DNA of 64,000 bases from Eledone cirrhosa (GCA_964016885.1 OZ024759.1:33790001-33854000); one strand, 5' to 3'. Counted from the first letter of the stretch, positions 45,690 to 60,593 are shown. Numbers and translations are program-made. The notes: generated by a model not told the origin, from the sequence alone.

Positions 45690-47600
45690 TATTGCCCAAC
45701 AAATGATCAATCAGCCATAGTATAAGGAGAATCTAAAAAGATAGGAATATTGGAAAGATCTAAGGTTAGATAGTTATAAAGCTGGATAATGTCAAGTATG
45801 ACAATAATCCACATGTAGAATTAGTGGGAGTTATTTTTATGGATGAGCAAAATGCCATTCCAAAGATACAAGTTTATGATTAACTAGCATCGGTTATAGT
45901 TATAAAGAACATAACTGCCTGCAAACTCGGATATCATAAAGATACTGGAAACATATTTGAACATCAATACCATCAGGATAAAGCAAATAATCTCTGCAGG
46001 AGCTACAGTAATGATAGGAGAGAGGATTCCTCTTTAAACACCTCTCATACAGAAACATCTAAAGCAATGTAATGAACGCGGAAAGCAAACATGCAGAGGA
46101 ATATAAATATTTAAAAAATGGCAATAAAATATACAAAAAATATGTCTCCCAATCCTTAATAAAATTAACATTGAATGGACAAAACATACAAATATGGAAC
46201 AAAGCAAAACAAACACATATGGACAGATACTACAGAAATACAACAGAAAAAGATTTCCAAATTAAAGAATGCCTGAAACAAGAGTCCTTCACTAAATCAC
46301 AAAATATGAAAAATAAAATATCCGTCTTTATGGTAATACGACAGCACTTCTCAGATCAAAACAAACAGTTTGTCTCCAACCAACAAAAGGAACAAAAAAA
46401 CGATGCTAGCTGAAACCTTTTTCATAGTAAAACATAAAATATATATAATCTATTATGGAGCCAACAGCGAACGAATAATATTGTGTTGAGGCGAATATAG
46501 AAAGGTGATGGGTTACCTTGGGCAAGATTTTGTAAACAAAAACAAAAACGAAAGCAGCTGAAATTCGATGAACAACCGAAAGGGATGTTAGAATGCAAAT
46601 ATGGCGAATATTTGGCTAAAGTGTTTAACGGATACTTAGAAATTTCATGTGAGTAGCTCTCGGTAATTCTAGAAGTAACCAGAGTAGGAGTAGAGAGCTA
46701 CTAACAGATCTAATGTTTGTTATAGAAAAACAACAAAATACTTTACTCGCGAACTGAGAAGAAATTACCATCAACGCAGCATCAACGAATTCATAACATA
46801 TATATGAGTGACACACATCTACATCATAGTAACTTTGAGACTTAAGAATATATTATTCAAGTTTGAGTCTTAAGGAAAAATAGCATAAAATCAATTAGAA
46901 ACATGCCAACAAATGAGAGTACAATCCTTTACAACGTTCATTCCTTTTACCTTTTTTCTTATTTTTTTGTCACGAAATATGCCCCCTGTGCAATTCAGGA
47001 TAGTATAATATATCACGAACTTAATATGCATGCAGAACAATAGAGATGATATGCTGACAGGATGCTGAGCCAAGAATGTGATTATTTTTAGAATCCTTCC
47101 ATGTAGGTTAAACCTATCATGACACGACAGCAGTGGAAATGGTCTTGGAGGAATTGCAGTTAAAAATAACAATCGAGTATCAAAAGACCTTAGACAACGG
47201 TAAACAATCACGATAATCCTGTAATCATATATGAAATCCAAAGATTGTAGAGTACATGCCAATCATTCATAGATATAAAATTATATTTTAAAGAGATGGA
47301 GTGACACCAGGTAGAGCCGCTAGTTCTCCGTAATGAGAGATCACAACTCTGATACTAGAGGCATGAGGTCAGAATATCTCAGGAAAGAATCAATGGACAT
47401 ATATTACGGACAAAACCAAACGACAGAAGACCCAGCGGTAGACTCCGAGCAAAGATGTCTGAATAACATCCATGAGCTTGGGCGGTCACGCTTGAGTATC
47501 CAGCCATATCAACTGGAGATGTTTGTTTCTGACAGGATCAGGTGGAACGAATGTTTGAGGAATGTGTCCCCACCACTATCCTTTCAGGAATATGTATACA
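45690..47600 (+). mobile_element. Highly decayed RTE/Expander-like LINE (endonuclease, RT and C-terminal remnants)
   Basis: Remnants appear in the expected order: VGVIF and KIQVY (APE-like), LYGNTTA...GTKKRC*LKP and TDLMFV..LLAN*EE (RT-like), then RRPSGRLR and RCLNNIHELGRSRLSIQPYQLEMFVSDRIRW (RTE C-terminus). Many stops and frameshifts. Confidence 0.55.
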
Positions 47601-48193
47601 AAAAAGAAGGACACAGCGATGAGTTTACTGAACAGGTAAATAGTAAATAATGATGTGATTACGCCGTACAGAAAAGATGACAATCGAATTACCTAATAAG
47701 ATGCGATATACACATAATGAGTTTCAGAAAAAGACAACAACAGATTCTTAAATAAGCTGCATAAATACATAACCCTAAAATCATCGACATAATAAAAAAA
47801 CACGAAAATCAACAGATTGGCAAATGTATCGACAACAACCATTCATAAAATCCTAAAACACCGAATAGAAACGATGCCTCAGATAGAAGAATTGTACCCG
47901 ATCTAATGCATATAAGGTAGGGAAATTCACATTATAATCCAGTTATACTTGATGTTATTTTATAACTATAATTAAAATTGGGGGGAATATTTCAGCAACC
48001 CAAATACAAAGAATGAACAGACTGTGTTACAAGATAGCCATAAATCAAAGCTCAAGTACTGAAATAAAACCAAATCTATATACAATGTACGTTTTTCTAT
48101 TTACTAAGCACTCCCTTCCTTTTTAGATACATATTTGCATGCACAGAGAAATATATACACGCATCTACACATATATACCCACAAATATGTATA

Positions 48194-48277
<84 letters not shown>

Positions 48278-48406
48278 TACTTAAAAGTGTATATGTAAAT
48301 ATACTTACATACGTATATGTATATATGTATAAATACATATATATATACATGCACATAAACATACATATATTTATACATTTAGACATGCATACATATATAC
48401 ACACAC

Positions 48407-48444
<38 letters not shown>

Positions 48445-48614
48445 CAGTTGGTGGTATTCTTGTGGTAGTTGCTCTTCACTTTAATCATCTATTAGACATT
48501 TCAAATAGATGTTGCCAATAGAATGTTGAAGTGTAACATAATTATACCAAACAACAATTGTAATTGCTGTTTAATTGGAATTCACCAATTTACTCGAGAA
48601 CGTAATTGCTTTTA

Positions 48615-48741
<127 letters not shown>

Positions 48742-49015
48742 GCATACATATAAATATATATATTTACATATATGTAAAAATATATAAACATATACATGTA
48801 TATATAAATATATATAGATGTGTGTGTGTGTGTCTAAATATATGAAGATGTGTATATATGGTTTCAATATTTCGTTTTTGTCTGTTTTTGTTTATATTTC
48901 TATCGAAATATAAAGTGGCAAAATTCTTCATTAATTAATCAAGATAATCAGTCGTAAGATCAAAATAGATGGTATATATGGACACCAGTACTCATCATAT
49001 ACAAATAGCACTTAC

Positions 49016-49069
49016 CTCTGATTGTCGTCTTTTAGCGGAAGACCCCTCGAGTAATGATCTTCCGAATAT
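49016..49069 (-). CDS. Candidate 54-bp internal coding exon: (R)YSEDHYSRGLPLKDDNQ(R)
   Basis: Minus strand acceptor ATATTTTTCAG and donor GAG|GTAAGT. Open in the phase 2-2 frame required by the flanking candidate exons. Confidence 0.55.
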
Positions 49070-49092
49070 CTGAAAAATATAACATAATTCTA

Positions 49093-49172
<80 letters not shown>

Positions 49173-49434
49173 TCGTGGAAAATCGCATTCGAGAAAAACA
49201 TACATTCAGAGAAAAATATAAATGATTTATTGATATCACATGGAAGAAAGTCAATGTTGATGAGACTCGTGTTAAAAGTCAGAACGCCTAGGAATTGCAC
49301 CGTTGCCAATTCACAACATGTGTTAAAGAACTATGACGTTATGTGGAACTGTAGATGGAAATTAATCATTCTGTGATATATTTATAAACGAAAGCCTGAA
49401 TGTGTCGTTAATCAACCTGTAACAATAGAGGAGT

Positions 49435-49948
49435 GAAGGCGTGTGGCTTTTGGTTAGGGGATTCCTATCTCAATCGTGTAGACGTGAGTTTGATTCCCAG
49501 CGGTGCATCTTATCCTTGAGCACGACACTTTATTGCACTTTGCTCCAATGTCCACTAAGCTATCAAAACTGAGTTGTACCTGTAATTCGAATAAACTTCT
49601 AGTTTTTTGCGTTATGTGTATAAATCTCACCGAGGTTAGCTTTGCCTTTCATCCTTACGTGGTCGATACATTAAAGTAGCAGCAATGCCCTGGGTCACTT
49701 TAATCGACTTTCCCCTCCCCTTCAAATTTGCTGTCCTTGTGCCTAAATTCAAACCAATATTAGGGCGGTGAATTGGCAGTTTGGGTAGAGGGGCGGAGGC
49801 CATGCTTTCCAGCATAGTTACGTCCTTTTAGGGTCTGAGTTAAAATCCCTTCGAGGTTAGCTTTGCCTTTCATCCTTACGGGGTCGATAAAATAAAGTAC
49901 CAGTAATACACTGGGTTAATTGCTTTCATTGTGCCAAAAGCAGAAACA

Positions 49949-50012
<64 letters not shown>
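49435..50012 (+). mobile_element. SINE cluster: a different tRNA-head SINE (about 49435-49590), a Nin-type 3' half (about 49620-49760) and a full Nin-type copy (49762-49950) with a (TAT)n tail
   Basis: GGCGTGTGGC...GAGTTTGATTCC...TCCTTGAGCACGACACTT, and GCCTTTCATCCTTACGGGGTCGATA twice. Confidence 0.75.
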
Positions 50013-50018
<6 letters not shown>

Positions 50019-51250
50019 ATCTCTTTCACATATTTGTTTTGTTTTTGTTGTTATCATTACTCTTCTATTTCTGTTTTTGTAGGAAAGTGATATTGGATGT
50101 ATATTTCCTGATGAGATTGAGAGGAATTCCTGCTGCTTTTTATAATAAATGTTTAAGATGAAACACTCTGGAGTCTTTAATGCTGAAGATAATGGCATGT
50201 GAAAGAATAGAGCGTGGAATGAAAATGGAATGTTGTTGTTGTCTTTGTGGACAACACACAATTATCACTACAATTAAGTCTTCATATAACTACACAAGGT
50301 CACCTCATATTAAACCTGAATTACTTGGCGTTATGCCACTTTTCAAAGTAGGTTCGGCACCATTGATATTTACAATTTGTGTCATAGCAGAGAGGGCGAG
50401 AGAGAGAGAGCGGGGGGAGAGGGACATAACAGAGAGAGGAGAACGAGATAATGGGAGAGCGCTGGTAGAGTGATGAGGCAGAAAGGAGGGAGTGAGAAAG
50501 GAGAGAAGGAAGAGATATGAGAATGGGGAGGAGAAGGCGGAAAGTAGAAAAAGTTGTTAAATATTTGGAGGTAGATAGGGAGAGAGAGTTGAGAGAGAAA
50601 GCAAGTAAAGAAATGAGAGGGGGCTGGGGTGGAGAGGGGAAAGAGAGAGTTGCGAGAGAGAGGAGAGAAAAGAGGAAAGAAAACATAGAGAGGTGATAGA
50701 GAAAGGTAATAGAGAGAGGTAATAGAGAAACGTGATAGAGAGACAGTGGAGAGTGGGGAAGGGAGAGTTGAGAGAATGAGCAGAGGAGAGAGAGAAAGAA
50801 GAGAGGAACGAGTGTTAAGAGAATGGAGAGAAGAGGGGAAAGAGTGTTGAGAGAGAGAGAGAGAGAGAGAGGAGAGACAGGGGAGTGAGAGAGAGAGAGG
50901 AGAGACAGATGTGTGAGAGAGAGGAGAGACAGATGTGTGAGAGAGAAGAGAGACAGATGTGTGAGAGAGGAGACAGATGAGTGAGAGAGAGGAGAGGACA
51001 GAGGAGTGAGAGGGAGGAGAGACAGGGGAGTGAGAGAGATGAGATAGAGAGGGTGATTCATTGATGCGCATGTCACCTCCAACACACGGAAACAAACACA
51101 CATGCTAACACATATATCCCACTTATTGAAACACAATGTAAACATTTACTTGTGGCCCGGTGTTTGCTTTACAAAGTTTTGCTTATTTGAACGGCTACAG
51201 GTGACCCTATGTCAGATGGAATTGATGTTTTAATCTGACTGAATACTCAC

Positions 51251-51326
51251 CTCCAGGACACGATGTTATAGAAATTTGACCTAGGTTCTAAGTACGTCGA
51301 TGTTAGGGCCCTGTCATCCCAAATAG
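51251..51326 (-). CDS. Candidate 76-bp internal coding exon of an unidentified minus-strand gene: (x)IWDDRALTSTYLEPRSNFYNIVSW(R)
   Basis: Minus strand acceptor CATTTTTGTAG and donor GAG|GTGAGT. Only one frame is open (phase 1 in, phase 2 out), and it is compatible with the next exon. Confidence 0.55.
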
Positions 51327-51580
51327 CTACAAAAATGAATTAAGGTTCCTGTTGTGAAAGAATCTCTGATGGTGGCTGTGTGTGCGTTACTGGGGGTAAA
51401 TTTATGCAAAATTAATGTGCAAGTGGACGACTCTCCCATAGTTAGATTGTTCTCCTGGAAATGCCACGTGACAGTACATGATGAAGATGACGATTTGAAT
51501 TATATCTCAATTTGAGGGGGCGAATGTATATATATATATATACACACAGACGCAGACAAGCTGAAACACAGACATACACG

Positions 51581-51653
<73 letters not shown>

Positions 51654-51657
51654 CGTA

Positions 51658-51712
<55 letters not shown>

Positions 51713-51739
51713 GTATATATGCATATATATATATATGCA

Positions 51740-51820
<81 letters not shown>

Positions 51821-51844
51821 GTATATATGTATATATATTATATA

Positions 51845-52175
51845 TATTTATTAAAATAACAGATTAAAGTTTAAGCAAAGAATCGCTGCTTTCACCCTTA
51901 ACGGGATCTTCTGAAACTAACAAAGTCAATCTGTAACGCAGAACTGGATATTTTCAAAAAACGTTGCAACCGGAGGAAGACAGGAAGACGATACTTTGGT
52001 TCGTGGTGACGTTCGCTGGCAAAGAACGCCCGTTAAGGGTGAAAGCAGCGATTCTTTGCTTAAACTTTAATCTGTTATTTTAATAAATATTTGCTCTTCG
52101 GTTCTTATATATTTGATATATATTTCCTTATCGAGCCCTCTCTGGATTTTAGTCTTCAATTTTATTATTATTACT
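51845..52175. mobile_element. Family B element with an inverted 60-bp segment, in (TA)n
   Basis: TTTATTAAAATAACAGATTAAAG...CCCTTAACGGG recurs inverted at about 52029-52090. Other copies at 20416-20522, 21881-21947, 33092-33345 and 62461-62496. Confidence 0.8.
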
Positions 52176-52192
52176 ATATATATATCTCTATA

Positions 52193-52266
<74 letters not shown>

Positions 52267-52306
52267 CGTATATATATATATATATATATATACGTATATA
52301 TATATT

Positions 52307-52339
<33 letters not shown>

Positions 52340-52341
52340 AA

Positions 52342-52430
<89 letters not shown>

Positions 52431-52710
52431 TAAGAGTTGAAATACTCACTTAAGGATTTCTTCTCTGAGGCCTTACTATCTACCTCTCCTGAGACATTCT
52501 TCGCATTATATATATATATATATACACACACATAAATACATATATATATATATATATATATACAAACAAACACACACCTATATATACACACACATACACA
52601 TATATATAGAGGTAGATAGATACGTAGATATTAATACATAAATTCACACTCATAAACGCAGACACACATACATATTACACACATACACACACATTATATA
52701 TATATATATT

Positions 52711-52826
52711 GGAAAAAGTATGACACCGACGGCAGAGCTCAAGCCGTTTCGTCGGCTATTTCAGAAATAGCCGTCGAAACGGCTTGAGCTCTCCCGTCGG
52801 GGTCATACTTATTCCTATTTCCCATT
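52711..52826. mobile_element. Family A hairpin abutting the assembly gap
   Basis: Palindrome centred on TTTC-A-GAAA (about 52762), with arms of about 50 bp. Confidence 0.8.
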
Positions 52827-53026
52827 NNNNNNNNNNNNNNNNNNNNNNNNNNNNNNNNNNNNNNNNNNNNNNNNNNNNNNNNNNNNNNNNNNNNNNNNNN
52901 NNNNNNNNNNNNNNNNNNNNNNNNNNNNNNNNNNNNNNNNNNNNNNNNNNNNNNNNNNNNNNNNNNNNNNNNNNNNNNNNNNNNNNNNNNNNNNNNNNNN
53001 NNNNNNNNNNNNNNNNNNNNNNNNNN
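52827..53026. other. Assembly gap (200 N)
   Basis: Run of N. Confidence 1.
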
Positions 53027-53241
53027 TTCACGAAAAACATCATTCAATTCGTATAAATTATGCAATACACACTGAAATATATACAACAGGAGCAGGATTC
53101 CAGGAATGGATGTTGATTGATCTTCTATGCTGTATGGCATAAAACTATCACAGCTTTCCTCTCCTGTATTTTTTTATTCTTTGTAGAGGAATTTGCAAAT
53201 GTATGTTAGCGTATAGAGATATAAATATATTTATATGTATA

Positions 53242-53325
<84 letters not shown>

Positions 53326-53373
53326 TGTATGTGTGTGTGTGTGTGCGTTTGTGTAGGTATGTATAGATGTGTG

Positions 53374-53439
<66 letters not shown>

Positions 53440-54287
53440 TGTATATATATATATATATAAATGTGTGTATGTAATATACACACTTAAATAATATACATAT
53501 AAACATATATATCCATATGCAAACACACACACACATATATATATATATGAATAGAGAAACAAATATTTATATTATATGAAGTTGAAAAATAAAATATAAA
53601 TGTCAAATCTTTCATGATCTCGTCAGTAGAGAAAAAAATGAACCACCCACACCATATACATTATATATATATATATTTATACATGTATATAGATTATACA
53701 TTCACTCACACCACAAACAGACATAAATATATATGTATGTATATATGGAACATGCATTGGATATGCAGGAAATGTATACCACAACGTTGTAAGAAGCTGT
53801 TATGTGAAAGTGATATAAAATAAAATATTAAATGCAGCTCACATACAAAAAATATATAAAGTATACTCCCGCTATATATTACATAAATAGCGAAATACAT
53901 TTTAAAAAATGGCTTCTGATAAATGAAAGACACCGTAGTATTTTTTTTTTCGTTCCATTCATCTGATAGGATTCCTGAAGACGGTTACTGTTTTTTTTTT
54001 TTGTTTTATTTTCTTGTTTTTTGAAAAAATTTAACTCAGATCTTACGATGTGAAAACCAGTAACAATAACACCAAAATCATTAAAACTAATCGCAAGGAA
54101 AGTAATTCAAAATGAAGAAAATTGAAAGCAAGGACGATATACAAATATTTATAATAAGATAAGATAAAATAAAAAAAATGTGAGATGAAAAACGCATGAA
54201 CAACTTTACACTTGATGTTAAAACAAAACAGATAAATATAATAACATTTTAAGATATAAATTGAACAATATATTTTTAATTTAATTA

Positions 54288-54500
54288 ATATTGGTTTCCG
54301 ATTTCAGCACAAGATCAATAATTTTGTGGGAGGAGAAAATTGATTAGATCAACCCTAGTGTATTACTGGTACTATCTTTTATCGACCCCGTAAGGACGAA
54401 AGGCAAAGCTAGCCTCGGCGGGATTTGAACTCAGATTATAAAGAGGAGTTACTCTATGACATAAAATATGTTGTCCGACGCTCTACCGATATTGCCAGGC
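54288..54500 (-). mobile_element. SINE copy
   Basis: ATTACTGGTAC...ATCGACCCCGTAAGGACGAAAGGCAAAG...GGGATTTGAACTCAG. Confidence 0.8.
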
Positions 54501-54552
54501 CACCAACCTTTTTAATTTAAATAACATTAATAGACGTAGTAGTACAAGTGAC

Positions 54553-54602
<50 letters not shown>

Positions 54603-54606
54603 CAGC

Positions 54607-54649
<43 letters not shown>

Positions 54650-54668
54650 ATAGTAGTAGTAGTAGTAA

Positions 54669-54705
<37 letters not shown>
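54553..54705. repeat. (TAG)n microsatellite
   Basis: About 50 AGT units seen directly. Confidence 0.98.
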
Positions 54706-54707
<2 letters not shown>

Positions 54708-55552
54708 CACTAGTAGTATGAAACGAACAATATGGTACTATTGATTTCCATAGCTACGACTATACAGTTGGTCTCCGATGCTGGTGTTGCTACTACTGAT
54801 GATGATGAGGGTGATGCTGTTGTCAGCACAGATGATAAGGGTGATGATGATGATGATGACGCATTGTTGAGGCATGTGATGATGAGGTTGATGACGTTGA
54901 TGGCGATGAAGATGTCGATGGCTATTAAGATGTCGATGATGGTGATGACGACGAGGAGGACAATGTCGATGGTGATGACGACGAGAATTTTTATGGCGAT
55001 ACTCAGGGAGATGACGATGATGATGATGATAATTTGAAACGTAGTGTAGAAATTATAGTTAATTAAACTTTCATTTTTGACTATCAAATTACACTAAATT
55101 TTAAATTACTATATATTTTATATTTCATATAATTTAAGTTTTTATCTATTTTATATAATTTGTGTTTTTATAATATTTTGTTTTACATGATTTGTGTTTT
55201 TTCTATATTTTATATTTTATGTATTTTACGTTTTTATATATTTTATATAATATGTTTTTATCTATCTTATGTTTTATGTAATTTATATTTTTATATATTT
55301 TATATAATTTTTGTTTTTATATATTTTATGTTTTATGTAATATGTTTTTCTATATTTTATATTTCATGTTATTTAAGTTTTTTCTATATTTCATATTTGG
55401 AGGAGGAAACCTTTCATTCTGTTCTAATTATCCTTTTCATGTTTTAATATTAATATTTTAAACATTTTAAATATTTTGTTAAAAAAATATTCCGTTCCTT
55501 ACCTCACCCTTTAATTATTTCGTATTGATTTTCAATATTTTTTTACAACTGT

Positions 55553-55602
<50 letters not shown>

Positions 55603-55682
55603 TTACAAATGTTACTACTGCTACTACAACTATTACTCTACTACTGATGTTATTACACTTGCTAGTGCTACTACTGCTGTTA

Positions 55683-55850
55683 CTATGGTTTCTATTATAG
55701 GCACATTGCAAGTAATTTAGGGGAGGGGAAAGTTGATTAAATTGACCCCAGTACATTACTGGTGCTTTATTTTATTGATCCCGTAAGTATGAAAGGCAAA
55801 GTTAACTTCGGCGGGTTTTGAACTCAGGCTGTAAAGGGCCGTACCTCTAT
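55683..55850 (-). mobile_element. SINE copy
   Basis: GACCCCAGTACATTACTGGTG...GAAAGGCAAAGTTAAC...TTTGAACTCAG. Confidence 0.75.
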
Positions 55851-56052
55851 ACTGCTGTTAGTAATGTGACTACCACCAGCACCACCACTTCTACTACTAT
55901 TACTATCACCGCTGCTACTACTACTAACACCACTACCACAACCTCCACCGCCACCAATACTATTACTACCATAACCACCACCACAGCTACGTTTTATTTA
56001 TTATAATCATCATTAATATACAGGGTTATCATTTTTATTGCCTGCTGTCATT

Positions 56053-56158
56053 ACCGCCGAGGTAAACTTTGCCATTCACCCTTACGGGGTCGATAAAATA
56101 AAGTACCAGTAATATACTGAGTATTTGCTGGCCTTGTGCCAAAAGTAAAAGCAATTAA
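56053..56158 (+). mobile_element. SINE 3' half
   Basis: CGCCGAGGTAAACTTTGCC...GGGGTCGATAAAATAAAGTACCAG...GGCCTTGTGCC. Confidence 0.75.
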
Positions 56159-57308
56159 ACTACCTAGCGTTCCTCTCTTCTTGCCCTGGATATGTGCAAT
56201 GTACAGGGTTATGTTTCTTGATGACGTTGTCTCTACTGTGTTGAGAGTACACGGTATAATATGTGTGTACACTTGCTCCAAGTATCATCTCTATGTTGTC
56301 TGTTGTAATGAGAGTACACGGTATGATATATATATATGTACTCTTGCTTCAAGCGTTGTCTCTATAGTATTGAGAGTACACAGTATATAATGCTCTTCCT
56401 GCAAATATTGTTTTATCCATGTTGATACTTTTGGAATGGCTTCTCTCTATATGCTGTATCATGTATGTATTTGACCATACCATCCTTGTGTGTTTTCCTT
56501 AAGGCACAACTATTCTTATAAGCGATGTTTAAAGTTTTCTTTCTTTTCTTTTTCCTCCTTTGCTTCTTTTGCTTTTCTTTCCTTCTTCTCATCCACTTCC
56601 TCTTCTCCTCTGATTCTACTCCTTCCTATTTTTCGTCTTCTAGTAGTAGTAGTAGTAATACTTGCAATATAATATATATTATACAAATATATGTATAATA
56701 TATACTAAAAGTAATACATACATATGCATATATAATGAGATTCCTACGAATATGATATTTTTATATATTCTATTTTTTTAATGACACAGTTCTAGTCCGA
56801 TAGAAGGCAGTTCTATATTAAACATGAAGTTTACACAATATTTAGAGGACCGTACTTACACTGGTTACTCTTGATTTAACCTGGTACTCATTGATATATA
56901 TATATATATATATAGGGAAAAGTATTTCCCATAAGTATTGAGTACTCTGGTGCGTTATGGTCCACCTGGTTCCTTACCACAATCCCTTAGTTATATATAT
57001 ATATATATATACACAGATATATGAGTTTATGTATGTGTGTATGTATTCATTGCTGTAAATTTGATGTCATATATAAGGTTTAACGTTTTCTATTGTCAAA
57101 TAATGTGTCATATATGATGTGTACCCCACATGTGAAAGTTTAAGTAACAATAGTTGAATGTCTTGATTTGAAAGTTTGTAAAATAAGTACTCATTCCACC
57201 TTATGTACCAAGTAGGTCTTCGTTTAATTATATGATTTCAGAGGTAAATATGTATCTTGTATGTATCTTGTATATATATATATTGTTATATGTAGGGAGG
57301 GTCATATT

Positions 57309-57487
57309 ATAATTGTTTCTATTGCTGGCACAAGGCCAGCAATTACCCAGTACATTACTGGTACTTTATTTATCAACCCCGTAAGGATGAAAGACAAAGT
57401 TAACCTCGGCGGGATTTGAACTCAGATAATAAAGGGACGTAACTCTATGCTTCGAAGCATGGTGTCCGGCTCTCTAACGATAGCCAG
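57309..57487 (-). mobile_element. SINE copy immediately adjacent to the Helitron 5' end
   Basis: GGCACAAGGCCAGC...CCCAGTACATTACTGGTAC...GGGATTTGAACTCAG. Confidence 0.8.
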
Positions 57488-57490
57488 ATA

Positions 57491-58479
57491 TCTATATATA
57501 TAAAACTGTGGTTGTCTGTCTGTCTATCGATTTTTGGCACACATCTCCTCTTAGAATCTCTCACGGAATTGCACCGAAATTGCTATACTTGTACATTGAG
57601 CCCTAGCGAAGACATCGGAAAAAAAAGAATTTCAAATTGACCCACCCTATGTGACGAAATCGAATATAATGTATCGATTTTTGAGCGTAAGTTATCAGTT
57701 ATTTCCCTTTGTTCTGTTTACATTGAGCGTCTTACGTAAAAAATTACGCTGGCTTTAACAGTTGTCGAGCCAGCAAAATATTGACCTGCAAAATTCATCA
57801 GTTCAAACACTAAGCTTCCGTTTTGCTTCATTTCCATTTAAAAGCATTTTAAAACAATATTTTTACTTGAAAACAAGTCTATTTAAAGACTACGTAAAAC
57901 AAGCAAATATTTCGTCGTTAGGCGTGCAGACAGACAGTCGTGCAGACAGACAGTCGTGCAGAGAGGTGATATAGGCGTGCAGACAGACAGTCGTGCAGAG
58001 AGGTGATATATGCGTGCAGACAGACAGTCGTGCAGAGAGGTGATATAGGCGTGCAGACAGACAGTCGTGCAGAGAGTTGATATAGGTGTGCAGACAGACA
58101 GTCGTGCAGAGAGGTGATATAGGCGTGCAGACAGACAGTCGTGCAGAGAGGTGATATAGGCGTGCAGACAGACATAACTGATAATTTGGTTACGCTAATG
58201 TTTTTCTCTGCGTTGCAGTGTTTACATTTTCGATCTTTGTTAATAAATAACCACTGCAGTTTTTATCCCCAGCATCCTCTTTTGTTATAACATTCGGGTT
58301 ATCGTTATGTTTTCTTAACTTCATAAGGCATATTGTTGGTTGAGGGAATATTAATCAAAAACACCACATGCAATTCTGCACAGTAGACACTACAATTTTT
58401 AAGCCAAAAAAGAAACTTAACATTGTAACTTTAACACAGCTACTGAGCGACCCCGAGCAACGCCGGGCTTTACTGCTAG
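57491..58479 (+). mobile_element. Non-autonomous Helitron (about 990 bp)
   Basis: A|TCTATATATATAAAA 5' end, subterminal hairpin CCCG-AGCAACGC-CGGG (58452-58467), CTAG|T 3' end. Inserted at A|T with no TSD. Confidence 0.8.
57919..58173. repeat. 37-bp minisatellite (about 6 copies) inside the Helitron
   Basis: Unit GGCGTGCAGACAGACAGTCGTGCAGAGAGGTGATATA. Confidence 0.95.
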
Positions 58480-58500
58480 TATATAATAAAATACACTCAG

Positions 58501-58571
<71 letters not shown>

Positions 58572-58646
58572 ATATATATATATATGTATGTATGTATCTA
58601 TGTGTGTCTGTGTGTGCGTACAATATGAGGTAAGACACAAATCATC

Positions 58647-58728
<82 letters not shown>

Positions 58729-59120
58729 TCATACATATGTGTGTGTGTCTGCTGGGCGTGTGTGTATTGAATTTCCTGCATACGATGGCTTTTAATATAG
58801 ATGTTATGATTAAACTTAATAAAACCCACATGCACACAATCTTTAATCTATTGGAACATTCTATTAAAATGTTCTATTTCCTTGAGGATATGAATTGACT
58901 GTTCCACGTAAAGGTCATCAGTGAAACATCTCTTGATACACGTTTCTCTCTCGTTCCCACCTTTACTTTCTTTCCAACTCTATTTCTGGGCGCGGTTTAC
59001 TCTATTTCTTTCTCGTTCATTGTCTTAAGCACTCTCTCTCTCACGTACTCTCTCTCTCTCTCTCGCTCTCTCTCTATTTATCTATCTCTCTCTCTCACTC
59101 TCTCTCTCTCTCTCTCATAG

Positions 59121-59192
<72 letters not shown>

Positions 59193-59197
59193 CAGTT

Positions 59198-59662
59198 GTA
59201 TTTAATTTGTTGGAATTCCGACAAACATAAATGTATATAACTGATTTAGAGCACTCAACAGTTTACTGGAGTAAATATTCCATGATATTAAATAAATAGA
59301 AACTCTATTTATAAAACCATATTTATTTTATTATATATCTTTCAAGGGTACCAAGACAACATTGGTAGGCTTTCCTCAGAAAAAATACAAAGTCTGTTTT
59401 ATAAATAGAAACATACACATGGAAATGATACCTTATCGGTTATGGGTATCGGTTTATAAAACAAACTTTGTATTTTATCTGAGGAAAGCGTACCAATGTA
59501 TCTTGGTACCCTTGAAATATATATAATAAAATAAATATGGTTTTATAAATATAGTTTCCATTCCATTTATATAATATGATTGAATATTTACTCCACCCAC
59601 CGTTGAGTGCTCTAAATCAGTATAAACATTTATATTTGTCGGACTTCCAACAAATTAAATAC
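59198..59662. mobile_element. Diverged inverted repeat (about 208-bp arms, about 46-bp spacer) flanked by (TA)n, with an HHR in each arm
   Basis: The arms are reverse complements with scattered mismatches. Right-arm HHR at 59471-59533: TATTTTAT-CTGAGGA-AAG.GTACCA...TGGTAC.CTT-GAAA-TATATA-TA-ATAAAATA. Confidence 0.85.
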
Positions 59663-59670
59663 CCTTCTAC

Positions 59671-59702
<32 letters not shown>

Positions 59703-59777
59703 CATACATATGTATGCATATATATATATGCATACATGTATATATATATATATGGCGAGAGAGAGATTCATACATAC

Positions 59778-59815
<38 letters not shown>

Positions 59816-59895
59816 CATATGTATATAATTATATGAATATATACCCTATAGATTCTTAAATACAAATTATATATATAACATTTATATGCAAGAAT

Positions 59896-60013
<118 letters not shown>

Positions 60014-60023
60014 ATATATATAA

Positions 60024-60063
<40 letters not shown>

Positions 60064-60593
60064 GTGTGTGTGTATGTATGTATGTTTGCCACATAATCGT
60101 ATGATGATTTGCGACATAATCGTCAACAAACACACAAAACAAACAAGACGGTAATTCAAGTTTACCTTATACTCTATAGAACCACGGTATTTGTTTAGTT
60201 TTCACGTTTGCTATCTCTGAATAACGAGTCATGACAATGATATTGCTACACCAAATAATACGATATCCTAGCATACAACATAGAGGGAGAATGATGGTCC
60301 TCGACTGTATGATTAAATTAATATATATTTGGTTTTTGCTCAGGAACGCTCTATAATACCAGACTCAAATTACTGGTGTACACAGAATGAAATAAGTAAA
60401 TGCACTAACACAATTTCTAGACACTCCTCCGAGCGGAACCTATTCTTATTTGTCTTACAAATGATCGAAATTCCACCTCGTTTTTGAAAAGTAAATCTTA
60501 ATGAAGCATCTACGAATTATAAGGCGTTTCTCTCCTACAACGTATATATAATAACGGTTATGTGTATATACAAGCATGTGTATGTTTATGTGA

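Noticed and set aside
50105-50175. CTGATGA...GAAAC possible HHR
   Set aside because: No convincing stem I or stem II pairing.
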